From assembly GCA_963704755.1 (NCBI GenBank), contig OY969938.1:1860001-1892000 (forward strand): a DNA stretch of 32,000 nucleotides, read 5' to 3'. The notes under the pieces are model-generated. The model worked only from the letters and a program-made list of their open reading frames with translations. It was not told the DNA's origin and did no database searches. The translations under genes and the position numbers were made by a program. This document shows, piece by piece, positions 14,353 through 22,725 of the stretch (positions are counted from its first letter, which is position 1; every line of letters starts with the position of its first letter). Origin of the DNA: an uncultured Chloroflexia bacterium (GTDB taxonomy: Bacteria > Chloroflexota > Anaerolineae > Anaerolineales > Anaerolineaceae).

Positions 14353-15645
14353 TTGGCTATCCTGGTAGCTGCCCTGGCCTACGCCGCTCGCAGCCTGTCT
14401 CGCAGCGGGGCGATGGCCGCGGCCATCCTCGGCGCGGCTATTTTTGGCCTGGGCGGCTGGCCCTGGGCCGCTTTGCTGTTGGGCTTTTTCATCGCCTCCA
14501 GCCTGCTCTCGCACCTGTTCAAAACCCGCAAAGCGGGCACATCCGAGAAATTCTCCAAAGGCAGCCGCCGGGATGCCGCCCAGGTGTTGGCCAATGGCGG
14601 GATCGCCGGCCTGATGGTGATTTTACAGGCCGTTTTTCCCGGCTCGGCCTGGCCCTGGTTGGCCGGGGCAGCCTCACTGGCCGCAGCCAACGCCGATACC
14701 TGGGCCACCGAATTAGGTGTGCTCAGTGCCACCCGCCCGCGGCTGATCACCAGCGGCAAAACGGTCGAGATGGGCACCTCCGGTGGGATGACCCCCCTGG
14801 GCACCGCCTCCGCGCTGGCCGGGGCCGCCTGGGTAGCAGTCATCGCCGCGCTCGCCTGGCCGGCTTATGCCGGCGGCTTTAGCTGGCCGGCCTTTCTGCC
14901 CCGCCTGGCCGTCCTGACCCTGGCCGGTTTCGCCGGCAGCCTGGTCGATTCGCTCTTGGGCGCCACCGTCCAGGCAATTTACACCTGCCCGGCCTGCCAG
15001 AAAGAAACCGAGCGGCACCCCTTGCATACCTGCGGCACTGCCACAATGCTCAAGCGCGGCTGGCCCTGGCTGGATAACGATTGGGTCAACAGCGCCTGCA
15101 CGGCCAGCGCGGCCTTCCTGGGTGGGTTGGCCGTGCTCTTTCTTTCATCCTTTTTGGGAGTCAACCAGTTTGCGACACAGGAGATTAATATGAACCTGTC
15201 TTCTTCCGCTTTCGCCAACGGCAGCCCCATCCCGGTCGAATACACCTGCAGCGGCCAAAACCTCTCGCCCAGCCTGCACTGGCAGCAAGTGCCGGCCGGG
15301 ACGCAAAGCTTCGCCCTGGTCCTGGATGACCCGGACGCCCCCTCCGGTACCTTTACCCATTGGGTGCTCTACAACCTGCCGGCCGTGCTGGATGGCCTGC
15401 CCCGTAACGTGCCCCAGGGTGCCCAGGTGCCCGGCATAGGCAGCCAGGGACGCAACGGCTTTGGCCAAAACGGCTACGGCGGCCCCTGTCCGCCGGCCGG
15501 AAAACCGCACCGCTACTTCTTCCACCTGTACGCCCTCGACCTGCCCCCTAATCTTCCCGCCGGCCTGAGTAAAGCCAGTCTGCTTTCCGCTATCCAGGGT
15601 CACCAGTTGGGACTGGGTGAATGGATGGGGACCTTCGCCCGTTAA
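14353..15645 (+). CDS. DUF92 (TMEM19-like) integral membrane domain fused in frame to a YbhB/YbcL-type PEBP domain
   Basis: The N-terminal roughly 275 aa are polytopic, with ...SKGSRRDAAQVLANGG...ADTWATELG...SGGMTPLGT..., which is DUF92-like. The C-terminal 151 aa (SSAFANGSPIPVEYTC...LDDPDAPSGTFTHWVLYNLP...GYGGPCPPAGKPHRYFFHLYALD) is a PEBP/YbhB domain. The start is uncertain (TTG 14353). An internal ATG at 15190 has its own AGGAG. Confidence 0.75.
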   Translation: MAILVAALAYAARSLSRSGAMAAAILGAAIFGLGGWPWAALLLGFFIASSLLSHLFKTRKAGTSEKFSKGSRRDAAQVLANGGIAGLMVILQAVFPGSAWPWLAGAASLAAANADTWATELGVLSATRPRLITSGKTVEMGTSGGMTPLGTASALAGAAWVAVIAALAWPAYAGGFSWPAFLPRLAVLTLAGFAGSLVDSLLGATVQAIYTCPACQKETERHPLHTCGTATMLKRGWPWLDNDWVNSACTASAAFLGGLAVLFLSSFLGVNQFATQEINMNLSSSAFANGSPIPVEYTCSGQNLSPSLHWQQVPAGTQSFALVLDDPDAPSGTFTHWVLYNLPAVLDGLPRNVPQGAQVPGIGSQGRNGFGQNGYGGPCPPAGKPHRYFFHLYALDLPPNLPAGLSKASLLSAIQGHQLGLGEWMGTFAR

Positions 15646-17250
15646 ATCGTCCGCGCAATCCCAGCCGACAACCTGGTTACGGCCTGAATTCTTGGCCCGG
15701 TACAGCGCCTGGTCGGCGAGCTGGATGACTTCCTTGACGTCGGTGCTGCCCGAGGGGTAAACCGCAACACCAAAGGAAGCGGTGATTTTTGCGTCTGTTG
15801 CGCCGATATGGAAATGAGCCGCCGCAATCTTTTCGCGCAGGATGTTCGCCCGGCCCAGGCTTTCTTCCAGCGAAGTGTCACTCATCACAATCAGGAATTC
15901 GTCACCCCCATAGCGGACGACCATATCCTCTTTGCGGGTGTGATCGTTCAAGAACCGGCTGATCTCTTTCAACAGCAGGTCGCCAAAATTATGGCCGAAA
16001 GTGTCATTGCGTTCCTTGAAACCGTCCAGGTCCACCATGATAAAACTGACCAGATATTTCTTGCGGTCGGCGCGGGCGATTTCTTTGACGAGATAATCCT
16101 CGAGAAAGCGACGGTTAAACATCCCGGTTAACGAGTCGTGAATGGCCTGTTCCTGAAGCACCTGCTGCAGCGATTGAATCTGCGCCAATTGGTCGCGCAG
16201 TTTTAGATTGGCCGCTTCCAGGTCCTTTTCCGCTTTTAAAACCTGGGTAATTTCACGCCAGGTGATCAACTGGCCGGTCTCGCGTCCTTTTTTGTCCAGT
16301 AAAGGCGTCAGGTTGACGTCCATGGTATGGCGGCCGTATTCCACTTTACAATGGCCGTCTTCGGCGCACTGGTGCGATAAAGACTGTTCCAGGTTCGGCC
16401 AGGCGTGCAAAATCCACTCGATCGGCTGGCCAATAGCGGTGAGCTTGTTGAGTCCCATCAAGTTGAGCGCCGAATGGTTGATTTCTACCAGGCGGTTGCG
16501 TGCGTCGAATACCAGCATGCCTTCCGGCATGGTTTCGATCAGGGTTTCCTGGGCGATCGGCACCAGTTCGAAGATCGAAAACTTGAACAGGCCCACGATC
16601 AGGAAAACACCCTGGATGGTAAACAACACCGGGGTCAGGTCCATCCCAGGGAAAAAATCGATCCCGGCCAGGCCCATCAGGTTGGTCGCCGGTAAAACAA
16701 GCGACCCGGCCAGGATAACGGTCAATTGTTTGCGGAATACACCCTGGGATCGCATCAGTCCCCGCACAATCAAGACAATACTGGCCAGGACCAGTGTGTA
16801 AGAATAGACCACGTTGATCCAAAACCATGGCCCACCACTGTAAATTGCGCTCGCATTCACAAAACGCTGGTCACCGAAAAACAAGTGGTGATACCGGTCG
16901 GTCCACAAGAAAATCAGAGTCAGTATAGGCTCGACCGACAAAAATATCAAAGTTCTGCGGTTGATCCAGTGGTTCAGGTCGTTGATTTGCAGTGCGTAGA
17001 TGAAAAATACAACCGGCAGGCCGACCACACCAAAATAGGTCATGTTCAGCCAGAAAAACGGCGCCGGAAAAGTGGGGAAGAGCCAGTGCATGGCATAGGT
17101 CCAGGCCCAAAACTGGGCAAAGCCCATGAAGATAATGAGTGTAAGCGCCCCCTTCGCTCGCCGCCGGGGCCAGGCCACAAGGATAAAGGCCAGGGCGACC
17201 ATACCTGAAAGGATCAGGAGCCCTGCGAAATCAAGGTGTTCTTTGTTCAT
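15145..17250 (-). CDS. Membrane-bound diguanylate cyclase (multi-TM sensor, PAS-like, coiled coil, GGDEF)
   Basis: The N-terminal multi-TM region resembles the 7TM sensor module of histidine kinases and cyclases. A coiled coil (LKAEKDLEAANLKLRDQLAQIQSLQQVLQEQ) follows. The GGDEF domain has active site RYGGDEF and I-site RKED 5 residues upstream. The recognisable domain ends near 15650. The ORF runs on to TGA 15145-15147, antisense to the PEBP domain (see findings). Confidence 0.85.
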   Translation of the reverse strand: MNKEHLDFAGLLILSGMVALAFILVAWPRRRAKGALTLIIFMGFAQFWAWTYAMHWLFPTFPAPFFWLNMTYFGVVGLPVVFFIYALQINDLNHWINRRTLIFLSVEPILTLIFLWTDRYHHLFFGDQRFVNASAIYSGGPWFWINVVYSYTLVLASIVLIVRGLMRSQGVFRKQLTVILAGSLVLPATNLMGLAGIDFFPGMDLTPVLFTIQGVFLIVGLFKFSIFELVPIAQETLIETMPEGMLVFDARNRLVEINHSALNLMGLNKLTAIGQPIEWILHAWPNLEQSLSHQCAEDGHCKVEYGRHTMDVNLTPLLDKKGRETGQLITWREITQVLKAEKDLEAANLKLRDQLAQIQSLQQVLQEQAIHDSLTGMFNRRFLEDYLVKEIARADRKKYLVSFIMVDLDGFKERNDTFGHNFGDLLLKEISRFLNDHTRKEDMVVRYGGDEFLIVMSDTSLEESLGRANILREKIAAAHFHIGATDAKITASFGVAVYPSGSTDVKEVIQLADQALYRAKNSGRNQVVGWDCADDLTGEGPHPFTQSQLVTLDSGKQTGFTQAGGKIRGQVEGVQVEEVAVRFSGRRTGAAVAVLAKAVASLAAYAGHLGTLGHVTGQAIQHGRQVVEHPMGKGTGGGVRVIQDQGEALRPGRHLLPVQAGREVLAAAGVFDRDGAAVGESGRRQVHINLLCRKLVDSQKG

Positions 17251-17489
17251 TTGGGTTTGTGGGCTTTTCTCGCGGAGTTCGCTTAATTTATTCTAAACCG
17301 GGGAACTCTGGTGGGATGGAAAGCAAGTCAGCGCTGAGGCTTCTTCAACAGGTATTCCCATCACAAAAGTCCGGTTCATAGGGCTCATAGTATATTATGA
17401 GATCAACAGAATGGCTAGTGAATTCTGAGGCGCCTTACCGAACTTTATGAAACCTTTATAAAACGACTAAAAACCGGCACTATCGAGTT

Positions 17490-17542
17490 CCTTCATTTGA
17501 AGTATCCGCGGAGACAATTTCCACAAATACTTCAAATGAAGG
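17490..17542. promoter_or_regulatory. 16-bp perfect inverted repeat in the divergent promoter region
   Basis: CCTTCATTTGAAGTAT (17490-17505) and ATACTTCAAATGAAGG (17527-17542) are separated by 21 nt. They lie in the AT-rich spacer between the cyclase and the ECF sigma gene. Confidence 0.4.
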
Positions 17543-17662
17543 ATTTGCCGGGCAGGCAGCTATTTTGAACCTTTTGGGCGCGTCCAGCGACATATCTACA
17601 GAAACGCCTCAAATTTTGGGCCCTCACCCAACCTGTGGCTAGCCAGAAATAAAGGCCTGTTC

Positions 17663-17693
17663 GAACGCCTAACCGGGCAGAAGTCGGTACAAT
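17663..17693 (+). promoter_or_regulatory. Candidate promoter of the ECF sigma operon
   Basis: GAAC (17663-17666), a 16-nt spacer, then GTC (17683-17685) fits the generic ECF GAAC-N16-(C)GTC architecture. A sigma-70-like TACAAT (17688-17693) overlaps it. Neither assignment can be decided from sequence alone. Confidence 0.3.
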
Positions 17694-17730
17694 AATCTTG
17701 GACGCAATATCTCTCTCTTTGAAATCACAC

Positions 17731-18294
17731 ATGACCGGCCAGGACGAGGAAGTACAACTAATCCGGCGGATCGTCGCCGGAGACACGACCGCGCTGCAAG
17801 CGCTTTATGCAGCCTGCGGCCAGCGTCTGTACGCCTATGCGCTCCGGTTGACCGCCGACCCTGCCACGGCCGAAGAAATCGTCCAGGATAGCCTGGTGGC
17901 GGCCTGGCAAAGCGCCGGGCGCTTTCGCGGCGAAGGCCGCGCGATTGCCTGGCTGCTGGGCATCGTCCATCACAAGTCCATGGACCTGCTGCGTCGACGT
18001 ACCCCGGCCTCACTGGACGACGAGACCCATGATCCGCCGGCGGATACGCCCCTGCTGGACGACCAGGCCGCTGCCGCCGAACGGCGTAAGCTGATCCGCC
18101 AGGGTCTGGACGAACTCAGCCCGGAACACCGGGCCGTGCTGGAACTGGTCTTTTACCAGGGCCTGAGCCTGCAAGAAACGGCCCGGGTGTGCGGCTGCCC
18201 GGTCGGCACGGTCAAGAGCCGCCTGAGCTATGCCAAGAATGCGCTGCGAGGGCAGCTCAACCGCCAGGGTTTGACTGCGGAGGATGTGTTATGA
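17731..18294 (+). CDS. ECF-type RNA polymerase sigma factor
   Basis: Region 2 is LIRRIVAGDTTALQALYAACGQRLYAYALRLTADPATAEEIVQDSLVAAW. Region 4 is LSPEHRAVLELVFYQGLSLQETARVCGCPVGTVKSRLSYAKNALR. An alternative TTG start is at 17698. The stop overlaps the next start (ATGA). Confidence 0.9.
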   Translation: MTGQDEEVQLIRRIVAGDTTALQALYAACGQRLYAYALRLTADPATAEEIVQDSLVAAWQSAGRFRGEGRAIAWLLGIVHHKSMDLLRRRTPASLDDETHDPPADTPLLDDQAAAAERRKLIRQGLDELSPEHRAVLELVFYQGLSLQETARVCGCPVGTVKSRLSYAKNALRGQLNRQGLTAEDVL

Positions 18295-19193
18295 ACGAAC
18301 ACCAGGAAATCGAATCACTCCTGCTCTTGTACGTGTCCGGCCGGCTCGAACCCGAACAGCGTGCGCGGGTAGAGAAACACCTGGCCGCCTGCGCATCCTG
18401 CCGGGCCGACCTGGCCCTCTGGCGCGGCGTGGCCGACGAGATCCAGGCAGCCAACCGGCGGGTCAGTGCGCCGGCCGGGTTGGCCGGCAAAGCCCTGGCG
18501 CGCATCGAAACCCAGAGCCCAAAGGCATCTTTACCGCTGCCGGGTTATCTCAACCGCGCCTGGCAGCTCCTACGCAGCCAGGTTCCGCTGCTGCGCCACG
18601 AAATCTGGATGGTTTCGGCGCTGGTTTTCTGCCTGGGCTATCTGGCTTCAGTCTTTCTACGAACCGCCATCGGGTTTCAAGCCCTGGTACCTCTGATCGC
18701 TACGTCCGGCATCGCCGTCTTATACGGGCCCGAGTACGACCCAAACATCGAAATGGCCCTGGCAACCACCACTTCGCCCCGCCAGATCTTGCTGGTCCGC
18801 CTGGTGCTGGTGTTCGGCTACAACTTGCTGCTCTCGCTGGCGGTCAGCCTGGCCTTGCTGCCGGTGGTGCCGCAACTGGCCCTGGGGCAGCTTATCCTGG
18901 CCTGGCTCGCGCCGATGACCTTCCTGTCGGGCTGTGCCTTGTTTCTCTCGCTGTGGATCGGGCCGGACGTAGCCATTTCGGTGACCTACCTGGCCTGGCT
19001 AACACGGATCATCCTGGGCGGCTCAAAGGTCAATCCGCCGGTAATCCTGCCGAACTTCGTACAGTCTCTGGCAGACATGTTCCGCCAGTTCTGGAATAAC
19101 CCGCAGGCGTTGTTGGCCCTGGGTGTTTTGATCGCCGCAATCGCAATTTTTTCGGCCGGTTTCACCAACCAACGCATCCTCCGCCGCGGATGA
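18291..19193 (+). CDS. Anti-sigma factor (zf-HC2) with a polytopic C-terminal membrane domain
   Basis: It is translationally coupled to the sigma gene. The N-terminal zf-HC2 motif is EKHLAACASCRADL. About 6 hydrophobic helices follow, rather than the usual single TM. Confidence 0.8.
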   Translation: MNEHQEIESLLLLYVSGRLEPEQRARVEKHLAACASCRADLALWRGVADEIQAANRRVSAPAGLAGKALARIETQSPKASLPLPGYLNRAWQLLRSQVPLLRHEIWMVSALVFCLGYLASVFLRTAIGFQALVPLIATSGIAVLYGPEYDPNIEMALATTTSPRQILLVRLVLVFGYNLLLSLAVSLALLPVVPQLALGQLILAWLAPMTFLSGCALFLSLWIGPDVAISVTYLAWLTRIILGGSKVNPPVILPNFVQSLADMFRQFWNNPQALLALGVLIAAIAIFSAGFTNQRILRRG

Positions 19194-19284
19194 TCCTAAT
19201 CAGGTGAAAATGCCCAAAGTTCAGCAACTTCTGCCGCAAGCCTGAATAATTTCACAAAACCCATAAATCTCTGGAGTTTTCACT

Positions 19285-20052
19285 ATGAATCGATTTTTAG
19301 GAATCGTATCCTATGAATATCGCATGTCTATTCGCCGCTGGGGGGTCTGGCTGGCGTTTGGCATCTGCACCTTACCGGTTGTGGTCTCGCTATTGAGCCC
19401 GTCGTCCGAAGTGGCCAACGAGATTGCTCCCGGTGCCCTTTGGTCGATGGCCGGTTCTTTCGTCTGGGTGCTCAACTTGTTCGTCCCGGTCGTAGCCGGC
19501 ATTTCCATCTCCGACCGGCTGGTCCGCGATCGCAATTTAGGGGTGCGCGAACTGCTGGTCAGCACCCCGCTCAAACCGGCGGGCTACATCCTGGGTAAGT
19601 ACACCGGTGCGATCCTGGCCGCCCTCACCCCGATTTTCGGCTTCCTCCTGGCGCTTTCAGTGATCCTGGGGATCGTCGTCGGGCGCCTGGAATTCATCCC
19701 AATTATGATCGTCGGTTTTCTGGCGATCAATGTGCCGGCCATCCTTTTTGTCGGCGCGTTCTCGCTGGCGCTCCCGCTAGTCTTGCCGCTGCGGGTTTAC
19801 CAGGTGTTGTTCACCGGTTACTGGTATTGGGGCAATTATCTCAACCCGGCCGCCTTTCCTTCCATTAGCGATACCTTATTGAACGCCTGCGGTAAATATA
19901 TGATGGCGGCTTTCTTCGACACCGGCTTCGGTTTTTCTCTCAAGGCAACCCATACGGATGCACTCCTGAATGTGGCTATCCTGATGGCCTGTGCCGCTGC
20001 GGTACTGGCGGCCCTTTATTATTACCTGCAAGCGGACCGGCAAAGAGCTTGA
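19285..20052 (+). CDS. ABC-2 family transporter permease-like membrane protein
   Basis: Six hydrophobic segments and an N-terminus (MNRFLGIVSYEYRMSIRRWGVW) typical of ABC-2 permeases. It lies in an operon with an ABC ATPase. Confidence 0.65.
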   Translation: MNRFLGIVSYEYRMSIRRWGVWLAFGICTLPVVVSLLSPSSEVANEIAPGALWSMAGSFVWVLNLFVPVVAGISISDRLVRDRNLGVRELLVSTPLKPAGYILGKYTGAILAALTPIFGFLLALSVILGIVVGRLEFIPIMIVGFLAINVPAILFVGAFSLALPLVLPLRVYQVLFTGYWYWGNYLNPAAFPSISDTLLNACGKYMMAAFFDTGFGFSLKATHTDALLNVAILMACAAAVLAALYYYLQADRQRA

Positions 20053-20060
20053 GGCTGCCC

Positions 20061-20738
20061 ATGTATAAAAACACACTCCCGCTTCGCTACATCTGGCTGA
20101 CTTTCCGGCGCGATCAGTTGTGGTTCCCCTGGTCGATCTGGGCCCTGTTCGTCATCGTTGCCTGGATGATGCGCGCCACCAATGGGGCAAGCGTGGCCGC
20201 CGGATTTTTGGGCATCGCTCTTCCACTGATCAGCGGCATCCTGGCCGCCTACGCTTTCCTGGACGATCCCTCGCTGGAGGTGACCTTCGCCACCCGCTTC
20301 CCGGTCACTCGACTGTTGTTGATCCGCCTGGGCGTCCTGTTGGTCATAGACTTGCTGGTAGCGGCCAGTTATCAGATCTTTGTCGGCTTACTGGGCATCG
20401 ACCTGAGCCCATACGGTTCGCTGCTGCAAGTGCAGTTGGTCTGGCTGGCGCCTTGCCTGGCCACCAGCGCCTTTGCCTGCCTGGTCGCGCTGATCGCTGC
20501 CCAGTCCACGGCCGGAGCTATGCTGACCGGCCTGGTCTGGATCGGTGAACTGGTCCTGCATGGCTGGTTCGAATTGAAACCGGCGGCCCATTTCTTCTTT
20601 CTGCTTTCCGGCTACTTTGGAGCAGGCCAACCCTGGCAAGCCGGCAGCCAGGCGGCCTTACTGGCCCTGGCTCTCCTGTTCCTGGCAGGTTCTTTGCTGC
20701 TGGTCAAAGACCGCGAACGTTTTATTTCAGCTCATTGA
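20061..20738 (+). CDS. Polytopic membrane protein, probable second permease subunit
   Basis: Six hydrophobic segments. The start is ATG 20061, or TTG 20049 which overlaps the previous stop. No recognisable motif beyond topology and context. Confidence 0.55.
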   Translation: MYKNTLPLRYIWLTFRRDQLWFPWSIWALFVIVAWMMRATNGASVAAGFLGIALPLISGILAAYAFLDDPSLEVTFATRFPVTRLLLIRLGVLLVIDLLVAASYQIFVGLLGIDLSPYGSLLQVQLVWLAPCLATSAFACLVALIAAQSTAGAMLTGLVWIGELVLHGWFELKPAAHFFFLLSGYFGAGQPWQAGSQAALLALALLFLAGSLLLVKDRERFISAH

Positions 20739-20776
20739 CATCGCCGCTTGCGCGATATTTCTAAAAGGTGAACCTT

Positions 20777-21676
20777 ATGGACACAGTCATCAATATTCAA
20801 AAACTAACCAAAATTTATGGAAAGGGCTCGAAATCCGTACGGGCTCTCAACGGCATCTACTTACAAATCGAGCCGGGTATGTTCGGCCTGCTGGGTCCCA
20901 ATGGCGCCGGCAAGACCAGCCTGATGCGCATCCTGGCCGGCATCCTCCAGCCCAGCGGCGGTAAAGTGACCATCGCAGGGCAGGACATCTCGACCGAAGC
21001 CGGCAAACAGGCGGTCAAGGCCCAGTTGGGTTACCTGCCCCAGGAGTTAGGCATGTACCCCGACTTGAGCGCCTTCCAGTTCGTCGATTACATGGCCGTG
21101 CTCAAGGGCATGAACGACAGCCGCCAGCGCCAGAGCGCCGTCCAGAACGTACTGGAGACGGTCGGCCTGGCCGATGTGGCCGGGCGCAAGATCAAGAGCT
21201 TTTCCGGCGGGATGAAACGCCGGGTGGGCATTGCCCAGGCGCTGGTCAACGACCCGCATATCCTGATCGTGGATGAGCCCACCGCCGGCCTGGACCCCGA
21301 GGAGCGCATTCGCTTCCGCAACCTGCTGGTAGGCCTGGCCACCGACCGGGTGGTGATCCTTTCCACCCACATCGTCGAGGATATCGGCCAGACCTGCCGC
21401 AAGATGGCCGTGCTGGCGCGTGGCGAGATGCTCTTCAACGGCAGCCCGGCCGAGCTGGTCCAGGCTGCCCGCGGTAAGGTCTGGTCGGTGACTACCAACC
21501 AGATCGAAAAGCCGGACGGCGGCCTGACGGTCGTCTCGATGCTGCACCTCTCGGAAGGCGTGCAGTACCGCCTGGTCGGGGCCCAAACACCGCAGTACCC
21601 CGGCGCCCAGCCGGTCGAACCTGGCCTGGAAGATGGCTACGTCTGGCTGATGAAATCAGCAGAGCTGGCGGTATAA
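20777..21676 (+). CDS. ABC transporter ATP-binding protein (ABC-2/DrrA-type)
   Basis: Walker A GPNGAGKTS, Q-loop LGYLPQE, signature FSGGMKRRV, Walker B ILIVDEPTAGLD and H-loop STHIVED. ATG 20777 is preferred over GTG 20768. Confidence 0.93.
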   Translation: MDTVINIQKLTKIYGKGSKSVRALNGIYLQIEPGMFGLLGPNGAGKTSLMRILAGILQPSGGKVTIAGQDISTEAGKQAVKAQLGYLPQELGMYPDLSAFQFVDYMAVLKGMNDSRQRQSAVQNVLETVGLADVAGRKIKSFSGGMKRRVGIAQALVNDPHILIVDEPTAGLDPEERIRFRNLLVGLATDRVVILSTHIVEDIGQTCRKMAVLARGEMLFNGSPAELVQAARGKVWSVTTNQIEKPDGGLTVVSMLHLSEGVQYRLVGAQTPQYPGAQPVEPGLEDGYVWLMKSAELAV

Positions 21677-21705
21677 AATACTGCTCAGCCTCCGGTTAAG
21701 AAGTT

Positions 21706-21761
21706 CCCGAATTCGAGGTGGGTGCGGGGGGCTCTGCCTCCGCACGCACCTCAAATTCGGG
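21706..21761. repeat. Degenerate member of the long-hairpin family (GGTG...CACC core)
   Basis: CCCGAATTCGAGGTGGGTGCGGGGGGC ... GCCTCCGCACGCACCTCAAATTCGGG, with three mismatches in the stem. It lies 30 nt after the ABC ATPase stop. Confidence 0.75.
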
Positions 21762-21842
21762 CTTCTTCCCTGCCAGGCTGACCAGTTACATTTTTTTACA
21801 TCAGCCTGGGTAGCCAGGAACAAGAAAGGAAAAGACGTTATA

Positions 21843-22091
21843 TTGGTCAAAGTTGAAGAATCATTGCCCGAGAAAAAAGCAGTAACGATAGGAAAAGAAG
21901 ATAAAAGCAAGGTAGAGGATAAACTACCCTGGTACAGAACCTGGTGGGGGGGTCTCATCGCAATTTTGTTGATCGTGGTCTTCTTCTTGGTCAACAAAAT
22001 TAGCGTTTCGAATTGTTACGTCGCCCTTCTCGCAGTAGGATGGACTTTTCTATTTTTACGGGTCAGGTCAAACTTTGCTCTGGCTGGATAG
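21843..22091 (+). CDS. Hypothetical small membrane protein (weak call)
   Basis: An 82-aa ORF in an AT-richer stretch, with a charged N-terminus followed by two hydrophobic helices. It has a TTG start and no recognisable family. Confidence 0.3.
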   Translation: MVKVEESLPEKKAVTIGKEDKSKVEDKLPWYRTWWGGLIAILLIVVFFLVNKISVSNCYVALLAVGWTFLFLRVRSNFALAG

Positions 22092-22151
22092 ATGCACCTC
22101 GATTCCCCAGATCGCCAGCCAGATCAACCTACCCCCCCTTTATCCTTTTCT

Positions 22152-22224
22152 CGCCGGCGAGCAGACCTTAACGCCTTCTCCCTCCGCGAAGCGTGGAGAA
22201 GGTTGGGATGAGAGTAGATGCCGG
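22152..22224. repeat. Dispersed repeat family F2, copy 2
   Basis: 22168-22202 is identical to 2149-2183, and the flanks align with a few substitutions (GGTTGGGATGAGAGTAGATGCCGG versus GGCTGGGATGAGGGTAAACGCCGG). Confidence 0.85.
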
Positions 22225-22326
22225 ATAGACATGCACAATATTTGTATCCCCCGGGCTTGAATTACATCTAAAAATAGGACGTACCCCAAAAACCTTGTTC
22301 ATTACGCCCGCCAAAGGATAGAATAC

Positions 22327-22725
22327 ATGCAAAACCAGTTAGGAATATTTATTAAACTAAACACCACCTTCGAGGATGCGCTGGCCAAGACGACCGCGGC
22401 CTTGAAGACGGAAGGGTTCGGCGTCTTGACCGAGATCGATGTCAAAGAGACCATGAAGAAAAAGCTGGACGTGGAAATGCCGGCCTACAAAATCCTGGGC
22501 GCCTGCAACCCACCCCTGGCCCACCGTGCGCTCGGTGCCGCCCCCGAAGTTGGGCTGCTATTGCCCTGCAACGTCACCGTACGCGAGGTAGAAGGCGGCA
22601 GCGTGGAGGTTGGCTTACTGAACCCCACCGTGATGGGCACCCTGATCGACAACCCCGGCGTGAGCACAGTGGCCGCTGAAGCCCTGGCCCGCCTGGCCCG
22701 TGTCGGAAGCGTACTGGAAAGTTGA
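22327..22725 (+). CDS. DUF302 domain-containing protein
   Basis: FGVLTEIDVKETMKKKLDVEMPAYKILGACNPPLAHRAL is the characteristic DUF302 core. Length is 132 aa. Confidence 0.85.
   Translation: MQNQLGIFIKLNTTFEDALAKTTAALKTEGFGVLTEIDVKETMKKKLDVEMPAYKILGACNPPLAHRALGAAPEVGLLLPCNVTVREVEGGSVEVGLLNPTVMGTLIDNPGVSTVAAEALARLARVGSVLES

Noticed and set aside
15145-15645. Treating the 167-codon tail of the cyclase ORF as a genuine extra domain.
   Set aside because: The sense-strand PEBP domain explains the conservation of this DNA. The antisense translation is Gly/Ala/Val/Arg-rich with no motif. It is kept as an anomaly and not called as a domain.
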